Below, in pieces: positions 27,002-36,873 of a stretch of 42,827 bases of DNA. The translations under genes and the position numbers were made by a program. Source of the DNA: Alphaproteobacteria bacterium (GTDB lineage Bacteria > Pseudomonadota > Alphaproteobacteria > Micavibrionales > UBA1664); NCBI GenBank assembly GCA_018969935.1, contig JAGWXJ010000001.1:1-42827 (forward strand), in the 5' to 3' direction. The notes under the pieces were generated by a model. That model worked only from the letters and a program-made list of their open reading frames with translations, did not search any database and was not told the origin of the DNA. Positions within the stretch are counted from its first letter, which is position 1, and each line of letters begins with the position of its first letter.

Positions 27002-27667
27002 TTACCTTTCAGATAAATCACGGGTATAGCGGCCCTTGAGCCACAGGGCGAAGCCATTGACGGGCAGGCAGACAGCCAAAAAGAAAACGCCAAGGGCCGT
27101 ATAAATCTCGACAGGGCGGTATATCTGGGCATTGATGCGCTGCGCCGCCCTGAAAATTTCTTCAACTGAAATAAGGCTCGTAAACAGTGTGGTGTGCAGC
27201 ATCATGACCTGCAGCAAAAGTAAGGGCGGCAATATTTCACGTAAAATAAGCGGTATCTGGATTTTAAAAATCGTCTGCTCGCGCGTAAGGCCGGTCACCT
27301 TGGCGGCAGTCAGGTATTGTTGCGGAAAATCAACCAGCGCCCCGCGCACGATATCGGCAACCGAAAAGATATTGATAACCGAGAGCGTAAAAGCCCCCGT
27401 GTAAAATGGGTCGATAACCACATCGAACATCGCCTGCGCGGGATAATGCAGCCAGAACAGGAATACCAATATCGGCACCCCCGACAGCAAGAAAGATACG
27501 GTACGTGAAGGCAAGCCGATATAAATACGGTAACGCGCGCCCAATATGCCAAGCCCGCCACCGACAACGATGCCAGAGCCCCAGATAATAAGTGAAAGCT
27601 GCATCGTCACCCAAAGCCCGCTTAAAAAAGCGGGATAATAATTCATCAGGATGTCGAGAACGCTCAT
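27002..27667 (-). CDS. ABC transporter permease (His/Glu/Gln/Arg/opine family-like)
   Basis: Five or six TM helices and the EAA-type loop AAKVTGLTREQTIFKIQIPL. Confidence 0.88.
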   Translation of the reverse strand: MSVLDILMNYYPAFLSGLWVTMQLSLIIWGSGIVVGGGLGILGARYRIYIGLPSRTVSFLLSGVPILVFLFWLHYPAQAMFDVVIDPFYTGAFTLSVINIFSVADIVRGALVDFPQQYLTAAKVTGLTREQTIFKIQIPLILREILPPLLLLQVMMLHTTLFTSLISVEEIFRAAQRINAQIYRPVEIYTALGVFFLAVCLPVNGFALWLKGRYTRDLSER

Positions 27668-27716
27668 GCCCGCTTTTTATAGCAAGTTTTGATGGTGCCG
27701 CTAAGGCACAAAAGCA

Positions 27717-28400
27717 CTATTGAAGCCGATATCCGGCTTCCGTAGTCATAAGAAACGTTGGGCTGGTCGGGTTGGTTTCGATTTTTTGCCGCAATCTGTA
27801 AACATGGGTTTCCAGAGTGTGCGTATCAAGCCCTGGGCGGTACCCCCACACCCGTTGCAGCAAGGTATCTTTGTCCAGTTCCTCGCCCTGCACATCAAAC
27901 AAAATGGCAAGCAATCGCACTTCGGTATCCGTCAGCGTAATCACACGCCCATCGGGGCTACGTAATGTCAGCCTTACAGGCTCGAGCGTCCAGCCGTTAT
28001 GCTGGCGTGGCTCGGCGGTATCAACAGCGTCTTGCGCAACCCCCTCAAGGGCCGTCAAAACATCCGCCAAAGCCGCGGGAATTGGCATGTTTCGCCTTTG
28101 CTCATCCTCGGCATCATCATCCCTTCGCCCACCTAATATAACGGCTGGCCCGCCGGCCGGGTCGTATTGGCCCATGCCCGATGGGCACACAAGGGTGACA
28201 TACGGTACCTCCGACTCGAGCGCGAGCGTCAGCGCCCCCGCGCTGCCGTTGCCCAAAATATCGGCAAAAGCCTGATATTCATGGACATTTTCAGCAATAA
28301 CACGGACAGGGATGCGTGATAGAAGCATATCCGTAGTCTGGCACGGGCCTTGCACCTTGGTAAAGGCCATGAAGCTGATCGCATCATCCCCTTTGCCCAC
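27717..28400 (-). CDS. OmpR/PhoB-type winged-helix regulator with a degenerate (pseudo-)receiver N-domain
   Basis: C-terminus LTDTEVRLLAILF...LLQRVWGYRPGLDTHTLETHVYRLRQKIE...EAGYRLQ. The N-domain lacks the DD pair and the phospho-Asp (VRVIAEN, VTLVCPSG). The start is uncertain: GTG at 28400, ATG at 28370 or ATG at 28328. Confidence 0.75.
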   Translation of the reverse strand: MGKGDDAISFMAFTKVQGPCQTTDMLLSRIPVRVIAENVHEYQAFADILGNGSAGALTLALESEVPYVTLVCPSGMGQYDPAGGPAVILGGRRDDDAEDEQRRNMPIPAALADVLTALEGVAQDAVDTAEPRQHNGWTLEPVRLTLRSPDGRVITLTDTEVRLLAILFDVQGEELDKDTLLQRVWGYRPGLDTHTLETHVYRLRQKIETNPTSPTFLMTTEAGYRLQ

Positions 28401-28419
28401 ACCCTCGAATACCGAGGTA

Positions 28420-28965
28420 ATGACGGCTCATAAAAACCGTTTTTCCGTATCGCGCACGGCAGGGTCGATGCCTGTCTATACACCGTCAGTCACACCGTCA
28501 TCATTTGCGACGCCGGAGGCATCAACATCACTGGCATCGGCATCATCCGATACAACATCGTTCAAGGATGTTCTAGATGTCATAAACCCGCTTCAACACA
28601 TTCCTGTTGTCAGCACTTTTTACCGAAAAGCTAGCGGCGATGAAATAAGTCCAGTGGCTCGCGTTATCGGCGGCGCCATCTTTGGCGGCCCGATTGGCGG
28701 GGCTTTGGCGCTGGCAGACACCGCCATCAAAATGGAAACAGGGAGCACAGTCGGCGAAAAAATTTTGAATCTGGTCAGCAGCGATAAGGAAAATACATCA
28801 ACGGCGGATATATCACCAGATACCGTGATGCATGTTGCATTACGAAAATCGGGGGCGCCTCGTATGGCAGGCTCAATACCCGTGTGGGGTGGTAATACCG
28901 CACCGGAAACCCGATTTGCCGCTATGGTGCATGGTCTGACATCAGAAAATAACCATATCTCGTAG
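28420..28965 (+). CDS. hypothetical protein (181 aa): Ser/Thr/Pro-rich N-terminus, Gly-rich hydrophobic segment
   Basis: ATG at 28420 with GAGG upstream. Contains FKDVLDVINPLQHIPVVSTFYR and VIGGAIFGGPIGGALALA. No family recognised. Confidence 0.5.
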   Translation: MTAHKNRFSVSRTAGSMPVYTPSVTPSSFATPEASTSLASASSDTTSFKDVLDVINPLQHIPVVSTFYRKASGDEISPVARVIGGAIFGGPIGGALALADTAIKMETGSTVGEKILNLVSSDKENTSTADISPDTVMHVALRKSGAPRMAGSIPVWGGNTAPETRFAAMVHGLTSENNHIS

Positions 28966-29044
28966 GCCAACGACTTTTCACATACTAGATATTGACGCCT
29001 CTATCAGAATCACCTGAAAATTGTTCTCAACAACAGGGGGCTTC

Positions 29045-29281
29045 ATGACAACATTACCGCTTTCAGCCATTCGCGAACTTCGCCTTATGGAGGAGTATTT
29101 CGAGCCCGAAAACGCCGTGATGTTCGAATCGGACCTCATAGAAGCCCACGGGCAGGATACTATCTGGGGCGCCATCGACGACGGGATCCTCGAACACCGC
29201 CGCCTGCCCTTCCGTGACGGGCGTGAGCGCTGCATCTGCTGGCTCACCGAAAAAGGCCGTAAACTGGCAGACGCCGAATAG
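29045..29281 (+). CDS. small hypothetical protein (78 aa)
   Basis: ATG at 29045 with AGGGGG 4 nt upstream. Acidic. No family recognised. Confidence 0.45.
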   Translation: MTTLPLSAIRELRLMEEYFEPENAVMFESDLIEAHGQDTIWGAIDDGILEHRRLPFRDGRERCICWLTEKGRKLADAE

Positions 29282-29363
29282 CATTGCCCCACATTGCTAA
29301 TCCCCCTTGCGCGGATTGGGCGCATCTTTATCATCATAAAAAAACACCACACCAAGAGGCCCC

Positions 29364-29963
29364 ATGAGCCGCCTGCTCCTCCTTGCCCTTTCCCTTGTTG
29401 CCACGATTGGCCTTTCTGCCTGCAGCTCGCTGGAATCCCCACCCCCTTCCTCCATGCGGAGCTTCAAGACCTATAACTACGATGCCGTAGACGCACTTCT
29501 GGACCGCGCGGGTAAAAACATCACAAAAACAACGCCAATGCTTGTTGGCACGGTGGGCGATGTAAACGACGTCGAATCGTCTTCAACCCTTGGCCGCACG
29601 ATTACCGAACAGGTTAGCGGCCGTCTGGCCCAAAAAGGCTACAAAGTGGCCGAACTCAAACTCCGTCAGGGCATCAACGTCCAGCAAGGCGGCGTAACAC
29701 CGGCAGCCTCGGGTGAATTCCTCCTCAGCCGCGATGTCCGCAACATTTCGGCCGAACATAAAGCAGCAGCAGCCATCACCGGTACCTACTCGGTTGGCGC
29801 CAGCAAGGTTCTGGTCAACCTCCGCCTCATCGACATCCGCTCGGGCAATGTCATCACCGGCTACGATTACGAGCTGCCCAAAACAGCCGATGTCATGGCG
29901 ATGATCAGCAACAAGGGCACATCGGGCTATACGTTCTTCTCGCCCGATTACGCATATCAGTAA
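29364..29963 (+). CDS. lipoprotein, FlgO/LpoB-like (putative)
   Basis: Lipobox LSAC in MSRLLLLALSLVATIGLSACSS. The pattern VGTVGDVNDVESSSTLGRTITEQVSGRLAQKGYKV...ITGTYSVGASKVLVNLRLIDIRSGNVI resembles FlgO-family outer-membrane lipoproteins. Confidence 0.6.
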   Translation: MSRLLLLALSLVATIGLSACSSLESPPPSSMRSFKTYNYDAVDALLDRAGKNITKTTPMLVGTVGDVNDVESSSTLGRTITEQVSGRLAQKGYKVAELKLRQGINVQQGGVTPAASGEFLLSRDVRNISAEHKAAAAITGTYSVGASKVLVNLRLIDIRSGNVITGYDYELPKTADVMAMISNKGTSGYTFFSPDYAYQ

Positions 29964-30071
29964 CCATCCGGACACTATGGGAAGGTTTGGGCACGGCGCA
30001 GGCGCGTCGGGCATCAAACTGCCCTTAATCCGTCTAGGAAAAACGGCCATTTAGGCATATATTGAATCTCT

Positions 30072-30425
30072 ATGGATCAGGATATCCCGAACACTCCCTC
30101 CGGCCCCGACGGTGGCCGTGAAGGCCGCGAATCCGGTGCCGGCGTCATGCTCAAGGCACGCCCGAAAACGCGCCGCCCTTCCATGTACAAGGTTCTGCTC
30201 CTAAATGATGATTTCACGCCGATGGATTTCGTGGTCCACATCCTCGAAAAATTCTTCGGCAAAACACGCGCGGAGGCGACGGACATCATGCTCCACGTCC
30301 ACCGCCGTGGTGTCGGCATCTGCGGGATATACACCTACGAGATTGCCGAAACAAAAGTAACGCAGGTCATGGATTACGCCCGCGCCCGCGAACAACCGCT
30401 TCAATGCACGATGGAAAAGGAGTAA
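30072..30425 (+). CDS. clpS: ATP-dependent Clp protease adapter ClpS
   Basis: [24 protein letters not shown]...[27 protein letters not shown]. Confidence 0.93.
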   Translation: MDQDIPNTPSGPDGGREGRESGAGVMLKARPKTRRPSMYKVLLLNDDFTPMDFVVHILEKFFGKTRAEATDIMLHVHRRGVGICGIYTYEIAETKVTQVMDYARAREQPLQCTMEKE

Positions 30426-30432
30426 CACGCCA

Positions 30433-32733
30433 ATGCTCTCTAAAAACCTCGAAAACACCCTCCATCGTGCCCTCGATCTTGCGACCGCGCGCCGCCACGA
30501 ATACGCAACGCTCGAACACCTGCTCATGGCCCTCACCGATGACCCCGATGCGCTGGCCGTCATGCGCGCTTGCGGCGCCAACCTTGATGATTTGCGCGAG
30601 GGTCTGACCCGCTACCTCGATACCGAGTTGATGAACCTCATCAACCCTTCCATCGAGGAAGCAAAGCCCACAACCGGCTTCCAGCGCGTCCTCCAGCGTG
30701 CAGCCATCCACGTCCAGTCCTCTGGCCGCGAGGAAGTGACGGGCGCAAACGTGCTTGTGGCCCTGTTCTCGGAACGTGAATCGCATGCCGTCTTCTTCCT
30801 GACAGAACAGGACATGACGCGCTTTGACGCCGTCAACTACATCAGCCACGGCATTGCAAAGGTAGCGGGCGTGGATGCGCCCAAAACCCCGCGCGCCACA
30901 GGCAGCTCGGTTGACGAGGAAAACGAGGACATCAAAAAAGGTGCCGACGCCCTCAAGGCCTACTGCATCAACCTCAACGAAAAATCGAAGGCCGGCAAAA
31001 TCGACCCGCTCATCGGCCGCGAGAAGGAAGTCGAACGCACGATCCAGATTCTCTGCCGCCGCTCCAAAAACAACCCGCTTTATGTAGGCGACCCCGGCGT
31101 CGGCAAAACCGCAATTGCCGAAGGCCTTGCCCGCCGCATCGTGGAAGGCAAGGTACCCGCCGTCCTCAAGCGCAGCGTCATTTACTCCCTCGATATGGGC
31201 ACGTTATTGGCGGGCACCCGCTACCGCGGCGATTTCGAGGAACGTTTAAAGGCCGTCATCACCCAAATCGAAAAGACCGATGGCGCGGTGCTTTTCATCG
31301 ATGAAATCCACACCGTCATCGGCGCTGGCGCAACATCGGGCGGCGCAATGGATGCTTCGAACCTGCTTAAACCGGCTCTTTCCAACGGCTCCATCCGTTG
31401 CATCGGCTCGACCACCTATAAGGAATACCGCCAGCACTTCGAAAAGGACCGCGCGCTCGTCCGCCGCTTCCAGAAAATCGATGTCGTGGAACCCACAATC
31501 GAGGACGCCGTGAAAATCCTCATGGGCCTCAAGGAAACCTACGAGAAACATCACAACCTCAAATTCTCGGATGACGCGGTCCGCGCCGCAGTCGAGCTGT
31601 CGGCCAAATACATCAACGACCGCAAACTGCCCGATAAAGCCATCGATGTTATCGATGAAGCTGGCGCATCCCAGATGCTGCTGGCGGAAGCCGATCGCAA
31701 GGATGTAATCGGCGTCGAGGAAGTCGAAATGGTCGTTGCCTCGATCGCCCGCATCCCGCCCAAATCCGTCAGCAAGGATGACCGCGAGGTCATACGCAAC
31801 CTCGAGCGCGATTTGCGCACCCTTGTCTTCGGGCAGGATCAGGCAATCACGGTTCTGGCCGACGCGATTAAAATGTCCCGCGCTGGCCTGCGCGATGAAG
31901 GCAAGCCGATTGGTTGCTACCTGTTCTCCGGCCCCACGGGCGTCGGTAAAACGGAAGTGGCAAAGCAACTGGCCAAAACATTGGGCGTAGACCTCAAACG
32001 CTTCGATATGTCCGAATACATGGAACGCCACGCGGTCAGCCGCCTTATCGGTGCCCCTCCGGGCTATGTCGGTTACGATCAGGGCGGCCTTCTGACCGAC
32101 GCGATTGACCAGAATCCGCACTGCGTCCTGCTGCTCGATGAAATCGAGAAAGCACACCCCGATATCTACAACATCCTGTTGCAGGTGATGGATTACGGCC
32201 GCCTGACCGACAACAACGGCAAAACGGTCGACTTCCGCAACGTCATCCTCATCATGACGACCAACGCGGGCGCCGCCGCCATGGCCAAGGCCCCGATGGG
32301 CTTTGAAAGGCCCTACCGTACGGACGAGGATGTGGAGGCGATTAACACCATGTTCACGCCTGAATTCCGCAACCGCCTTGATGCCATCGTGCCGTTCAAA
32401 AACCTGACGCCCGATATCGTGGCCCGCGTGGTCGACAAATTCGTAATCCAGCTGGAAACCCAGTTGGGTGACCGCGATGTCACGATTGTCCTGACCGACG
32501 CCGCTCGCGCCTATCTGGCCGACAAGGGCTACGATGCAGCCATGGGTGCAAGGCCGCTGGCCCGCCTGATACAGGACAAAATCAAAAAACCGCTGGCCGA
32601 TGAACTCCTCTTCGGCAAACTGGTAAACGGTGGCGCTGCCCGCGTGGATTACGACGGCGAGAAAATCGTCTTCACCTTCCCCGATGCGGCACCAAAAGCC
32701 CTGCCCAAAGCCCGTGAGTCGCAAGACGCATGA
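30433..32733 (+). CDS. clpA: ATP-dependent Clp protease ATP-binding subunit ClpA
   Basis: Clp N-domain repeats; D1 ([24 protein letters not shown]); D2 ([26 protein letters not shown]); no ClpB-type middle domain. Confidence 0.97.
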   Translation: MLSKNLENTLHRALDLATARRHEYATLEHLLMALTDDPDALAVMRACGANLDDLREGLTRYLDTELMNLINPSIEEAKPTTGFQRVLQRAAIHVQSSGREEVTGANVLVALFSERESHAVFFLTEQDMTRFDAVNYISHGIAKVAGVDAPKTPRATGSSVDEENEDIKKGADALKAYCINLNEKSKAGKIDPLIGREKEVERTIQILCRRSKNNPLYVGDPGVGKTAIAEGLARRIVEGKVPAVLKRSVIYSLDMGTLLAGTRYRGDFEERLKAVITQIEKTDGAVLFIDEIHTVIGAGATSGGAMDASNLLKPALSNGSIRCIGSTTYKEYRQHFEKDRALVRRFQKIDVVEPTIEDAVKILMGLKETYEKHHNLKFSDDAVRAAVELSAKYINDRKLPDKAIDVIDEAGASQMLLAEADRKDVIGVEEVEMVVASIARIPPKSVSKDDREVIRNLERDLRTLVFGQDQAITVLADAIKMSRAGLRDEGKPIGCYLFSGPTGVGKTEVAKQLAKTLGVDLKRFDMSEYMERHAVSRLIGAPPGYVGYDQGGLLTDAIDQNPHCVLLLDEIEKAHPDIYNILLQVMDYGRLTDNNGKTVDFRNVILIMTTNAGAAAMAKAPMGFERPYRTDEDVEAINTMFTPEFRNRLDAIVPFKNLTPDIVARVVDKFVIQLETQLGDRDVTIVLTDAARAYLADKGYDAAMGARPLARLIQDKIKKPLADELLFGKLVNGGAARVDYDGEKIVFTFPDAAPKALPKARESQDA

Positions 32734-33860
32734 GCCTGAACGGAAAACTCGGCAAATGGGTGGATGCAGGGCTGATAACCGCAGCCCAGCGTGACGCCAT
32801 TCAGGAACACGAACGCAAATTTGCAGGTTCGCGCTGGAAAGCGGGCATGGCTTCAAGCGGCCTCTTGTCGGTTGTATTGGGCCTGTCACTTATCGTTGCA
32901 GCCAACTGGCAATTCATATCGTCCGATATAAAACTGGTTGGCCACATCATCATCAACCTGGCCCTTAGCGTGCTTGTCTGGAAATGGCACGGCAACCCCG
33001 CCCGCAAAACACACGCAGAAGTCGCTTTGTTTTTACTCTGGGGCCTCACCCTCACGTTCATCGCCCTCATCGGGCAGATATTCCAGCTAAGCGGCCACGT
33101 CTACGAAGCCATACGACTCTGGTTCTGGATAACAACGCCGATGGTGCTGCTATTCGCGCAAGGGCGCTACATGGCGCGCCTCTGGGCTGTTGCGTTTATC
33201 ATTTATGTACCGTTCGATATTCTAAGCACCACGTGGGACGCAACGGAAAGCTGGAACATCCGTAAATCCGTCCTGTTGGGCACAGCGCTTTTGTTACCGC
33301 TTGGCATCTGGTTTTTGGGGCGCTGGCAGCGTTTTGCATCGGCAAGGCAGGAAGTGGCCGCAACACTGCGGCGCTTGGCCGTATTCACGGCGCTTGCTGC
33401 GGCATCTGTCGCAACACTCGAATTCTACGATAACTTCTACTACAGCTATTCTGTATTCGTGCCGCTGGCTTTTGCTGTGCTTTCCATCGCTTTGCGTTTT
33501 GCCTTGAACAGGCAGACGCAATTTACCGCCGATGATAAACTGACCATAGACCTACTTTGCCTGTGTGGTCTTTATTGCACACTTCCCTTCCTGTCTTATG
33601 CCCTCAGCGACTTGTGGGCCATGCTGCACTTCATCGCACTGTGGGGCCTAGCTGCTGCAATCTGGCAGCAACAGGGGCATGCAAAATATGTCAGTCATGC
33701 CGTAACACTTATCAGCCTGCGTATCTTCATCGGCTTCCTTGAAATATTCGGCGGGCTCATGCTTTCGGGTTTCGGTTTCATCGGTATCGGCTTGCTGTTA
33801 ATGGGCATAGGCTGGGCCACCCGCAAGGTGCAGGCACGTCTGAAGGGCGGTGTATCATGA
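32730..33860 (+). CDS. DUF2157-type polytopic membrane protein
   Basis: N-terminus LGKWVDAGLITAAQRDAIQEHE followed by about 10 TM helices. ATGA overlap with the clpA stop. Confidence 0.8.
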   Translation: MSLNGKLGKWVDAGLITAAQRDAIQEHERKFAGSRWKAGMASSGLLSVVLGLSLIVAANWQFISSDIKLVGHIIINLALSVLVWKWHGNPARKTHAEVALFLLWGLTLTFIALIGQIFQLSGHVYEAIRLWFWITTPMVLLFAQGRYMARLWAVAFIIYVPFDILSTTWDATESWNIRKSVLLGTALLLPLGIWFLGRWQRFASARQEVAATLRRLAVFTALAAASVATLEFYDNFYYSYSVFVPLAFAVLSIALRFALNRQTQFTADDKLTIDLLCLCGLYCTLPFLSYALSDLWAMLHFIALWGLAAAIWQQQGHAKYVSHAVTLISLRIFIGFLEIFGGLMLSGFGFIGIGLLLMGIGWATRKVQARLKGGVS

Positions 33861-34282
33861 CACGCAAACTCTCGCTGCTCGCATTACTGCTTCCAACCAT
33901 TGTGCTGCTCGGCTGGGTCGGCTGCCTCACATGGCGTTATAACCACGCCCCTGCTTATGATGTTGTGATAACCGGCTACGACCCGCGCGACATTGTGTAC
34001 GGCAAATACCTCATGTTCACCTTTGACTGGCAAAACCCCCAAAGCAGCAAACCTGCTGATGTCGATATGGCAAGCCTGCCCACATCAGGGCGCTTTTATG
34101 TACCCGAGTGGGATGCGATGGATTTGCAAACCATGATCCAGCGTAACGAGGGCCATGTGTTTATGGCCAACGCTGCCCTTACAGGTAAAAACGCGATGGT
34201 GCGTAACCTGCGTATTGATGGCCAGCCATGGCAGGAAGCCCTTGCCGCATGGCGCAAAACAAAACAGAATGGCCCCCAATGA
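33857..34282 (+). CDS. GDYXXLXY-domain protein (degenerate motif), membrane-anchored
   Basis: N-terminal TM segment. YDPRDIVYGKYLMFTF corresponds to the DPRDLFRGDYxxLxY signature. ATGA overlaps at both ends. Confidence 0.75.
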   Translation: MTRKLSLLALLLPTIVLLGWVGCLTWRYNHAPAYDVVITGYDPRDIVYGKYLMFTFDWQNPQSSKPADVDMASLPTSGRFYVPEWDAMDLQTMIQRNEGHVFMANAALTGKNAMVRNLRIDGQPWQEALAAWRKTKQNGPQ

Positions 34283-35874
34283 CCGACCGTTATGACGCAG
34301 CAATTCTGGGTATGGGCCATCAGGGCCTGATTGCGGCCAACTTGCTTGCGCAGGAAGGTCTGTCCGTTGCCGTCATCGATATCGCATCGCCCGTGCCGGG
34401 CGGCCTCTCCTACGATTTGTTTGCGGAGGGCTATCGCACCGGCCCATGTGCCCACGCACCCGTTCCCGTAGATCAGAATTTGGCCGATAGGCTGGGCCTT
34501 GAGGAACGCGGCTTCACCATGAAGCCGGAACAAACCTCAAGCTTCGCGCCGTCCTCCCTTGATGGCGGCAAATACCTTTTTGCAACATCCTCCCGCGCCG
34601 CAACCCAGCGCGAGATTGCAAAGTTCTCCCAAAAGGATTCCGAAACCTTCATGGCCTTCTCCGATGAAGTCCATACCCTTGCCGCCATCCTTGATCAGGT
34701 TGGCGCATCCTTGCCGCCCTACACGCAGGACGGCTGGAAGGATTTATGGGGCGTTTTTGAAACGGGGCGTTTGCTGGCCGAGGGTGGCGAGGCCGCACAA
34801 CTGATGTTCGCCCGCCTGATGAACGGCTCGCTTGAGCAGGCCGTCGCCGAAATGTTTGAAAGCCCTGCCGTAAGGGCCTTTATTACGGTCCAAGCCACCA
34901 TGGCTTCCATGACGGTACCAAACCGCAAAGGCTCTGCCGCATCACTCATCCAGTATATGCTCGGCCTTGGCGGCCACCGCCCCTATCGTGGTGACTGGCA
35001 ACCCTTGCGCGGCAGCTTGCACCATTACTTACGTGCGCTGACCCAAGGTGCTATTGACCGCGATGTTGCGTTTTTCCCAGGGCAGGTTGCAGCCTCTCTA
35101 ACGGTGTCCGATGACCGCATCACAGCCATCAATTTGGCTGACGGCGATACCATCGAGGCCAGCATCATCATCGGTGACCTCAATCCGCTTACACTATTTG
35201 ACCAGATGATCGGCCAGAAAAAATTGCCGACCGATCTCAACAATCGCCTGATGCCCTTACGTCAGGGGGGCGGCTTTGTCCGCATGAAGGTAGCACTCTC
35301 GGGCCTGCCCAAATTCACGTCTATCGATGAAGGCACGCACGAAAGCTATCTGGCAGGCGAAATACTGGTAGCCCCGACACCTGAATACATAAGCACGGCA
35401 AGGCTCGATGCAAAATCGGAAGGTGGCTCCCACCGCCCTGTCATTTCCATGATTATCCCCTCTCTTTCTTCGGATGAGCTGGCACCCAAAGGCAAACACG
35501 TAGCCTCCATCATCGCCCAGTACTATGAACCCAATTTGCCAAACGATGCCGATAACTGGGGGGCTATTGCCGACTCCGTGTACGGCGCCCTCGAAACGGT
35601 TGCCCCCGGTTTTTCCAAACTTGTTGATACCGCAGCCGTGTACATGGGCGACAACATGACCCGCACGGTAGGCCCCATCAACCGCGAATCGCTGGGCGGC
35701 GGCCATCCCCTAACCCAGCTTTTTGGCGGCCTGTTTGGCCACCACGGCCTTGGCGCCACCATCCCGTATTCCAACCTCGTGTTGTGCGGCTACGGGCCCG
35801 AGGCCTCGGCCAGCCCACATTTCAACCGTGGCGGCGAATCCGCGGCAGCCGCCGTCATGCGTATGGTTGGCTAA
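34279..35874 (+). CDS. NAD(P)/FAD-dependent oxidoreductase, phytoene-desaturase (CrtI)-like family
   Basis: N-terminal dinucleotide fold YDAAILGMGHQGLIAANLLAQEGLSVAVID. About 530 aa, and C-terminal region consistent with the CrtI-like family. ATG at 34279 overlaps the upstream stop. Confidence 0.85.
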   Translation: MTDRYDAAILGMGHQGLIAANLLAQEGLSVAVIDIASPVPGGLSYDLFAEGYRTGPCAHAPVPVDQNLADRLGLEERGFTMKPEQTSSFAPSSLDGGKYLFATSSRAATQREIAKFSQKDSETFMAFSDEVHTLAAILDQVGASLPPYTQDGWKDLWGVFETGRLLAEGGEAAQLMFARLMNGSLEQAVAEMFESPAVRAFITVQATMASMTVPNRKGSAASLIQYMLGLGGHRPYRGDWQPLRGSLHHYLRALTQGAIDRDVAFFPGQVAASLTVSDDRITAINLADGDTIEASIIIGDLNPLTLFDQMIGQKKLPTDLNNRLMPLRQGGGFVRMKVALSGLPKFTSIDEGTHESYLAGEILVAPTPEYISTARLDAKSEGGSHRPVISMIIPSLSSDELAPKGKHVASIIAQYYEPNLPNDADNWGAIADSVYGALETVAPGFSKLVDTAAVYMGDNMTRTVGPINRESLGGGHPLTQLFGGLFGHHGLGATIPYSNLVLCGYGPEASASPHFNRGGESAAAAVMRMVG

Positions 35875-35945
35875 AGCCGGTAAGGGCCGCAAATTCCCTA
35901 AATACGGCCTTGATTTGGTCACGTTCTTCCGCCATTTTGAAGGTC

Positions 35946-36338
35946 ATGAAACTTCTCAAACACCTTCTCTCGGTTCTCTCGCCGGTGTCATTCCTTCTGA
36001 TGGTATGGCGCCGCGGTGAATTCGTGGGCGAGGATCAGGTAGGCAACCGTTATTTCCGCGCCGCCCCCCGCAAGGGCTACCGCCGCGAACAACGCTGGGT
36101 CCTGTACAAAGGTGAGCCTGAGGCATCAACCGTCCCGCCCGAATGGCATGGCTGGCTGCACCACCAAACCGATGTCGTGCCCACGGCCGCATCCCTCTCC
36201 TTCCGCAAACCGTGGCAACTGCCGCATCGCCCCAACCTGACAGGCACCGAACTGGCCTACCGCCCGCCCGGCCACCAGCTTATGGGCGGCCGCCGCGCCA
36301 AGGCTACCGGCGACTATCAGGCCTGGACCCCCGAATAA
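35946..36338 (+). CDS. NADH:ubiquinone oxidoreductase subunit NDUFA12-family protein
   Basis: GEFVGEDQVGNRYFR...RWVLYKGEPEASTVPPEWHGWLHH, typical of bacterial NDUFA12 homologues. Confidence 0.88.
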   Translation: MKLLKHLLSVLSPVSFLLMVWRRGEFVGEDQVGNRYFRAAPRKGYRREQRWVLYKGEPEASTVPPEWHGWLHHQTDVVPTAASLSFRKPWQLPHRPNLTGTELAYRPPGHQLMGGRRAKATGDYQAWTPE

Positions 36339-36348
36339 AGGACCCCAC

Positions 36349-36873
36349 ATGAAGCGCAACATCATCGAAACGGTTTTGGGCGCTGTCGTCCTGCTCGTTG
36401 CAGGCGTCTTTTTGCTTTACAGCACAACAGCCACCAAGGCAGGCGCCGTTAGCGGCTATGAAATCACCGTACGCTTCAACGAAATCGGCGGCCTGAAACA
36501 AGGCAACGATGTCCGTATTGGCGGCGTCAAAATAGGCTCTGTTAAATCCATTGATCTCGGTGATGATTACCGCGCAAAAGTCACCCTCTCCATTAAAGAT
36601 GACGTCAAAATCCCCGAGGACACTGCCGCCCGCGTATCCAGCGAATCGCTGATGGGCGGTGCCTACGTAGCCCTTGATGTCGGCGGTGATGAGCAAAACA
36701 TCCGCCCCGGCGGCTCCATCAAATACGCCCAGGACGCCCAGAACCTCGAGCAACTGCTCGGCAAATTCATTTTCTCGCAGGCCGAGAAAAACAAGGACGC
36801 GGATGACACTGGCGCAACACCGCCCGCCGCGGCTGCACCCGCGGCCCCGCAAGGCGCATTGCCGCAAATGTGA
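36349..36873 (+). CDS. mlaD: outer-membrane lipid asymmetry maintenance protein MlaD (MCE domain)
   Basis: N-terminal TM ETVLGAVVLLVAGVFLLY and MCE core YEITVRFNEIGGLKQGNDVRIGGVKIGSVKSI. Confidence 0.88.
   Translation: MKRNIIETVLGAVVLLVAGVFLLYSTTATKAGAVSGYEITVRFNEIGGLKQGNDVRIGGVKIGSVKSIDLGDDYRAKVTLSIKDDVKIPEDTAARVSSESLMGGAYVALDVGGDEQNIRPGGSIKYAQDAQNLEQLLGKFIFSQAEKNKDADDTGATPPAAAAPAAPQGALPQM

Noticed and set aside
31246-32889. 547-aa ORF antisense to clpA
   Set aside because: It is a shadow ORF with composition atypical of real proteins. The ClpA frame carries every AAA+ motif.
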